Shown one piece after another: positions 58,601 to 64,000 of a DNA stretch of 64,000 bases. Under the pieces are notes generated by a model that worked only from the letters and a program-made list of their open reading frames with translations, did no database searches and had not been told where the DNA came from. Location: positions 349,370,001 to 349,434,000 of the forward strand of contig OZ024742.1 in the NCBI GenBank assembly GCA_964016885.1. The letters are read 5' to 3'. The stretch is from Eledone cirrhosa (lineage: Eukaryota). Each line of letters starts with the position of its first letter. Positions within the stretch are counted from its first letter, which is position 1. Position numbers and translations under genes: made by a program.

Positions 58601-61600
58601 AAAATTCTATAACTGTGATATCATCACAGAACCCTGTCTAAAACTCTATAACTCTGATATCATAGCAGAACCCTGTCTAAAATTCTATAACTCTGATATC
58701 ATCGCAGTACCCTGTCTAAAACTCTATAACTCTGATATCATTGCAGTACCCAGTCTAAAATTCTATAACTCTGATATCATCGCAGTACCCTGTCTAAAAC
58801 TATATATCTCTGACATCATTGCGGTACCCTGTCTAAAACTCTATAACTCTGATATCATCGCAGTACCCTGTTTAAATCTCTATAACTCTGATATCATCGC
58901 AGTACCCTGTCTAAAACTATATATCTCTGACATCATTGCGGTACCCTGTCTAAAACTCTATAACTCCGATATCATCGCAGAACCCTGTCTAAAACTCTAT
59001 AACTCTGATATCATTGCAGTACCCTGTCTAAAACTCTATAACTCTTATAACATCGCAAAAACCTGTCTAAATCTCTATAACTCTGATATCATCGCAGTAG
59101 CCTGTCTAGAACTCTATAACTCTGATATCATCGCAGTACCCTGTCTAGAACTCTATAACTCTGATATCATCGCAGAACCCTCTCTAAAACTCTCTAACTC
59201 TGATATCATTGCAGTACCCTGTCTAAAATTCTATAACTCTGATATCATCGCAGAACCCTGTCTAAAACTCTCTAACTCTGATATCATTGCAGAACCCTGT
59301 CTAAAATTCTATAACTCTGATATCATCGCAGTACCCTGTCTAAAACTCTATAACTCTGATATCATTGCAGTACCCTTTTTAAAATTCTATAACTCTGATA
59401 TCATCGAAGTACCCTGTCTAAAACTCTATAACTCTGATATCATTGCGGTACCCTGTCTAAAACTCTATAACTCTGATATCATCACAGTACCCTGTCTAAA
59501 ACTCTATAACTCCGATATCATCGCAGTACCCTGTCTAAAACTCTATAACTCTGATATCATCGCAGTACCTGTCTACAACTCCATAACTCTGATATCATCG
59601 CAGTACCCTGTCTAAAACTCTATAACTCTGATATCATCGCAGTACCTGTCTAAAACTCTATAACTCTGATATCATTGCAGTACCCTGTCTAAAACTATCT
59701 AACTCTGATATCATCGCAGTACCCTGTCTAAAACTCTATAATTCTGATATCATTGCAGTACCCTGTCTAAAACTCTATAACTCTGATAACATCGCAAAAC
59801 CCTGTCTAAATCTCTATAACTCTGATATCATCGCAGTAGCCTGTCTAGAACTGTATAACTCTGATATCATCCCAGTACCCTGTCTAGAACTCTATAACTC
59901 TGATATCAACGCAGAACCCTGTCTAAAATTCTCTAACTCTGATATCATTGCAGTACCCTGTCTAAAATTCTATAACTCTGATATCATCGCAGAACCCTGT
60001 CTAAAACTCTCTAACTCTGATATCATTGCAGAACCCTGTCTAAAATTCTATAACTCTGATATCATCGCAGTACCCTGTCTAAAACTCTATAACTCTGATA
60101 TCATTGCAGTACCCTTTTTAAAATTCTATAACTCTGATATCATCGCAGTACCCTGTCTAAAACTATATAACTCTGATATCATTGCGGTACCCTGTCTAAA
60201 ACTCTATAACTCTGATATTATCGCAGTACCCTGTTTAAATCTCTATAACTCTGATATCATCGCAGTACCCTGTCTAGAACTCTATAACTCTGATATCATC
60301 GCAGTACCCTGTCTAAAACTCTATAACTCCGATATCATCGCAGTACCCTGTCTAAAACTCTATAACTCTGATATCATCGCAGTACCTGTCTACAACTCCA
60401 TAACTCTGATATCATCGCAGTACCCTGTCTAAAACTCTATAACTCTGATATAATCGCAGTACCTGTCTAAAACTCTATAACTCTGATATCATTGCAGTAC
60501 CCTGTCTAAAACTCTCTAACTCTGATATCATCGCAGTACCCTGTCTAAAACTCTTTTATTCTGATATCATTGCAGTACCCTGTCTAAAACTCTATAACTC
60601 TGATAACATCGCAAAACCCTGTCTAAATCTCTATAACTCTGATATCATCGCAGTACCCTGTCTAGAACTCTATAACTCTGATATCATCGCAGAACCCTGT
60701 CTAAAACTCTCTAACTCTGATATCATTGCAGTACCCTGTCTAAAACTCTATAACTCTGATATCATTGCAGTACCCTGTCTAAAATTCTATAACTCTGATA
60801 TCATCGCAGTACCCTGTCTAGAACTCTATATCTCTGATATCATCGCAGTACCCTGTCTAAAACTCTATAACTCTGATATCATCGCAGTACCCTGTCTAAA
60901 ACTCTATAACTCCGATATCATCCCAGAACCCTGTCTAAAACTCTATAACTCTGATATCATTGCATTACCCTGTCTAAAACTCTATAACTCTGATATCATC
61001 GCAGTACCCTGTCTAAAACTCTATAACTCCGATATCATCGCAAAACCCTGTCTAAATCTCTATAACTCTGATATCATCGCAGTAGCCTGTCTAGAACTCT
61101 ATAACTCTGATATCATAGCAGTACCCTGTCTAGAACTCTATAACTCTGATATCATCGCAGAACCCTGTCTAAAACTCTCTAACTCTGATATCATTGCAGT
61201 ACCCTGTCTAAAATTCCATAACTCTGATATCATCGCAGAACCCTGTCTAAAACTCTCTAACTCTGATATCATTGCAGAACCCTGTCTAAAATTCTATAAC
61301 TCTGATATCATCGCAGTACCCTGTCTAAAACTCTATAACTCTGATATCATTGCAGTACCCTTTTTAAAATTCTATAACTCTGATATCATCGCATTACCCT
61401 GTCTAAAACTATATAACTCTGATATCATTGCGGTAGCCTGTCTAAAACTCTATAACTCTGATATCATCGCAGTACCCTGTTTAAATCTCTATTACTCTGA
61501 TATCATCGCAGTACCCTGTCTAGAACTCTATAACTCTGATATCATCGCAGTACCCTGTCTAAAATTCTATAACTCCGATATCATCGCAGTACCCTGTCTA

Positions 61601-62820
61601 AAACTCTATAACTCTGATATCATCGCAGTACCTGTCTACAACTCCATAACTCTGATATCATCGCAGTACCCTGTCTAAAACTCTATAACTCTGATATCAT
61701 CGCAGTACCTGTCTAAAACTCTCTAACTCTGATATCATCGCAGTACCCTGTCTAAAACTCTTTTATTCTGATATCATTGCAGTACCCTGTCTAAAACTCT
61801 ATAACTCTGATAACATCGCAAAACCCTGTCTAAATCTCTATAACTCTGATATCATCGCAGTACCCTGTCTAGAACTCTATAACTCTGATATCATCGCAGA
61901 ACCCTGTCTAAAACTCTCTAACTCCGATATCATCCCAGAACCCTGTCTAAAACTCTATAACTCTGATATCATTGCATTACCCTGTCTAAAACTCTATAAC
62001 TCTGATATCATCGCAGTACCCTGTCTAAAACTCTATAACTCCGATATCATCGCAGAACCCTGTCTAAAACTCTATAACTCTGATATCATTGCAGTACCCT
62101 GTCTAAAACTCTCTAACTCTGATATCATCGCAGTACCCTGTCTAAAACTCTATAACTCTGATATCATTGCAGTACCCTGTCTAAAACTCTATAACTCTTA
62201 TAACATCGCAAAATCCTGTCTAAATCTCTATAACTCTGATATCATCGCAGTAGCCTGTCTAGAACTCTATAACTCTGATATCATCGCAGTACCCTGTCTA
62301 GAACTCTATAACTCTGATATCATCGCAGAACCCTGTCTAAAACTCTCTAACTCTGATATCATTGCAGTACCCTGTCTAAAATTCTATAACTCTGATATCA
62401 TCGCAGAACCCTGTCTAAAACTCTCTAACTCTGATATCATTGCAGAACCCTGTCTAAAATTCTATAACTCTGATATCATCGCAGTACCCTGTCTAAAACT
62501 CTATAACTCTGATATCATTGCAGTACCCTTTTTAAAATTCTATAACTCTGATATCATCGCAGTACCCTGTCTAAAACTCTATAACTCTGATATCATTGCG
62601 GTACCCTGTCTAAAACTCTATAACTCTGATATCATCACAGTACCCTGTCTAAAACTCTATAACTCCGATATCATCGCAGTACCCTGTCTAAAACTCTATA
62701 ACTCTGATATCATCGCAGTACCTGTCTACAACTCCATAACTCTGATATCATCGCAGTACCCTGTCTAAAACTCTATAACTCTGATATCATCGCAGTACCT
62801 GTCTAAAACTCTATAACTCT
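52490..62820 (+). repeat. ~130-138-monomer (~5.1-5.4 kb) tandem duplication
   Basis: TGCTATAATC 52506/57565 and TACAAAACCA 53191/58250 (offset 5059); ATCGAAGT 54305/59403 and CTGTATAAC 54753/59851 (offset 5098); GCGGTAGCC ~56059/~61430 (offset 5371). The offset steps are whole monomers. Confidence 0.85.
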
Positions 62821-64000
62821 GATATCATTGCAGTACCCTGTCTAAAACTCTCTAACTCTGATATCATCGCAGTACCCTGTCTAAAACTCTATAATTCTGA
62901 TATCATTGCAGTACCCTGTCTAAAACTCTATAACTCTGATAACATCGCAAAACCCTGTCTAAATCTCTATAACTCTGATATCATCGCAGTAGCCTGTCTA
63001 GAACTCTATAACTCTGATATCATCGCAGTACCCTGTCTAGAACTCTATAACTCTGATATCATCGCAGAACCCTGTCTAAAACTCTCTAACTCTGATATCA
63101 TTGCAGTACCCTGTCTAAAATTCCATAACTCTGATATCATCGCAGAACCCTGTCTAAAACTCTCTAACTCTGATATCATTGCAGAACCCTGTCTAAAATT
63201 CTATAACTCTGATATCATCGCAGTACCCTGTCTAAAACTCTATAACTCTGATATCATTGCAGTACCCTTTTTAAAATTCTATAACTCTGATATCATCGCA
63301 GTACCCTGTCTAAAACTATATAACTCTGATATCATTGCGGTACCCTGTCGAAAACTCTATAACTCTGATATCATCGCAGTACCCTGTTTAAATCTCTATA
63401 ACTCTGATATCATCGCAGTACCCTGTCTAGAACTCTATAACTCTGATATCATCGCAGTACCCTGTCTAAAACTCTATAACTCCGATATCATCGCAGTACC
63501 CTGTCTAAAACTCTATAACTCTGATAACATCGCAAAACCCTGTCTAAATCTCTATAACTCTGATGTCATCGCAGTACCCTGTCTAGAACTCTATAACTCT
63601 GATATCATCGCAGAACCCTGTCTAAAACTCTCTAACTCTGATATCATTGCAGTACCCTGTCTAAAATTCTATAACTGTGATATCATCACAGAACCCTGTC
63701 TAAAACTCTATAACTCTGATATCATAGCAGAACCCTGTCTAAAATTCTATAACTCTGATATCATCGCAGTACCCTGTCTAAAACTCTATAACTCTGATAT
63801 CATTGCAGTACCCAGTCTAAAATTCTATAACTCTGATATCATCGCAGTACCCTGTCTAAAACTATATATCTCTGACATCATTGCGGTACCCTGTCTAAAA
63901 CTCTATAACTCTGATATCATCGCAGTACCCTGTTTAAATCTCTATAACTCTGATATCATCGCAGTACCCTGTCTAAAACTATATATCTCTGACATCATTG

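Larger units (their letters stand above)
1..64000 (+). repeat. Tandem satellite array of a 39-bp monomer (consensus TCTGATATCATCGCAGTACCCTGTCTAAAACTCTATAAC), ~1,640 copies, truncated by both window ends
   Basis: The same 39-mer recurs head-to-tail from base 1 to 64000, usually with only a few substitutions per copy. Occasional 38-bp variants (GTACCTGTC, CTAAACTC) and 40-bp variants (GCAGGAACCC, CCCTTTTTTAAAA, AAAATTTCTA) occur. No non-repeat sequence was seen. Confidence 0.99.

Noticed and set aside
1-64000. CRISPR array (repeat-sized unit with a palindrome and an AAC end)
   Set aside because: Monomers abut directly with no unique spacers, leader or cas genes.
1-64000. Minus-strand frame open if TGA is recoded (YRVLDRVLR*YQS)n
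   Set aside because: Nothing in the window supports an alternative genetic code, and the same frameshifting monomers break this frame.
1-64000. Diversity-generating or antigenic-variation cassette array
   Set aside because: Variation follows inherited block duplications with a small shared variant set. No recombinase, reverse transcriptase, expression site or hypervariable segment is present.
1-64000. TATAA in each monomer as promoters; CENP-B box; telomeric repeat
   Set aside because: CTATAAC is not a full TATAWAW box and there is no downstream gene. The CENP-B box core (TTCG....A..CGGG) is absent. No canonical short G-rich telomere unit is present.
1-64000. Whole array as a sequencing or concatemer artefact, or a synthetic construct
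   Set aside because: Variants recur in consistent, nested, collinear orders across tens of kb, which fits evolved duplication history rather than random read error. Individual block copy numbers still need read support.

Overview
The whole 64 kb window is one uninterrupted head-to-tail tandem array (satellite DNA) of a 39-bp monomer, consensus TCTGATATCATCGCAGTACCCTGTCTAAAACTCTATAAC (A12 T12 C11 G4, ~38% GC). There are about 1,640 copies (64000/39), all in one orientation, and the array runs off both window edges. I saw no unique sequence, spacer, inversion or transposon insertion. Monomers differ by a small recurring set of substitutions and by 38/40-bp length variants. Used as markers, these reveal nested higher-order structure: a 78-bp dimer rhythm, a ~20-mer/~55-mer ancestral unit, and recent kb-scale tandem duplications (2.76, 2.9, 3.1-3.2, 3.238, 4.1 and 5.1 kb). 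There is also a dispersed copy at ~28.4 kb offset, and two sub-domains with different private variants meet near 39-41 kb. The listed ORFs arise because 39 bp = 13 codons and one + frame is stop-free (CLKLYNSDIIAVP), so I do not call them genes. The peptide does happen to fit the LRR core pattern. The organism and satellite family cannot be identified from sequence alone; a eukaryotic (peri)centromeric or heterochromatic array is the most plausible reading, but this is inference. Block boundaries were read by eye and are approximate to within a few monomers.
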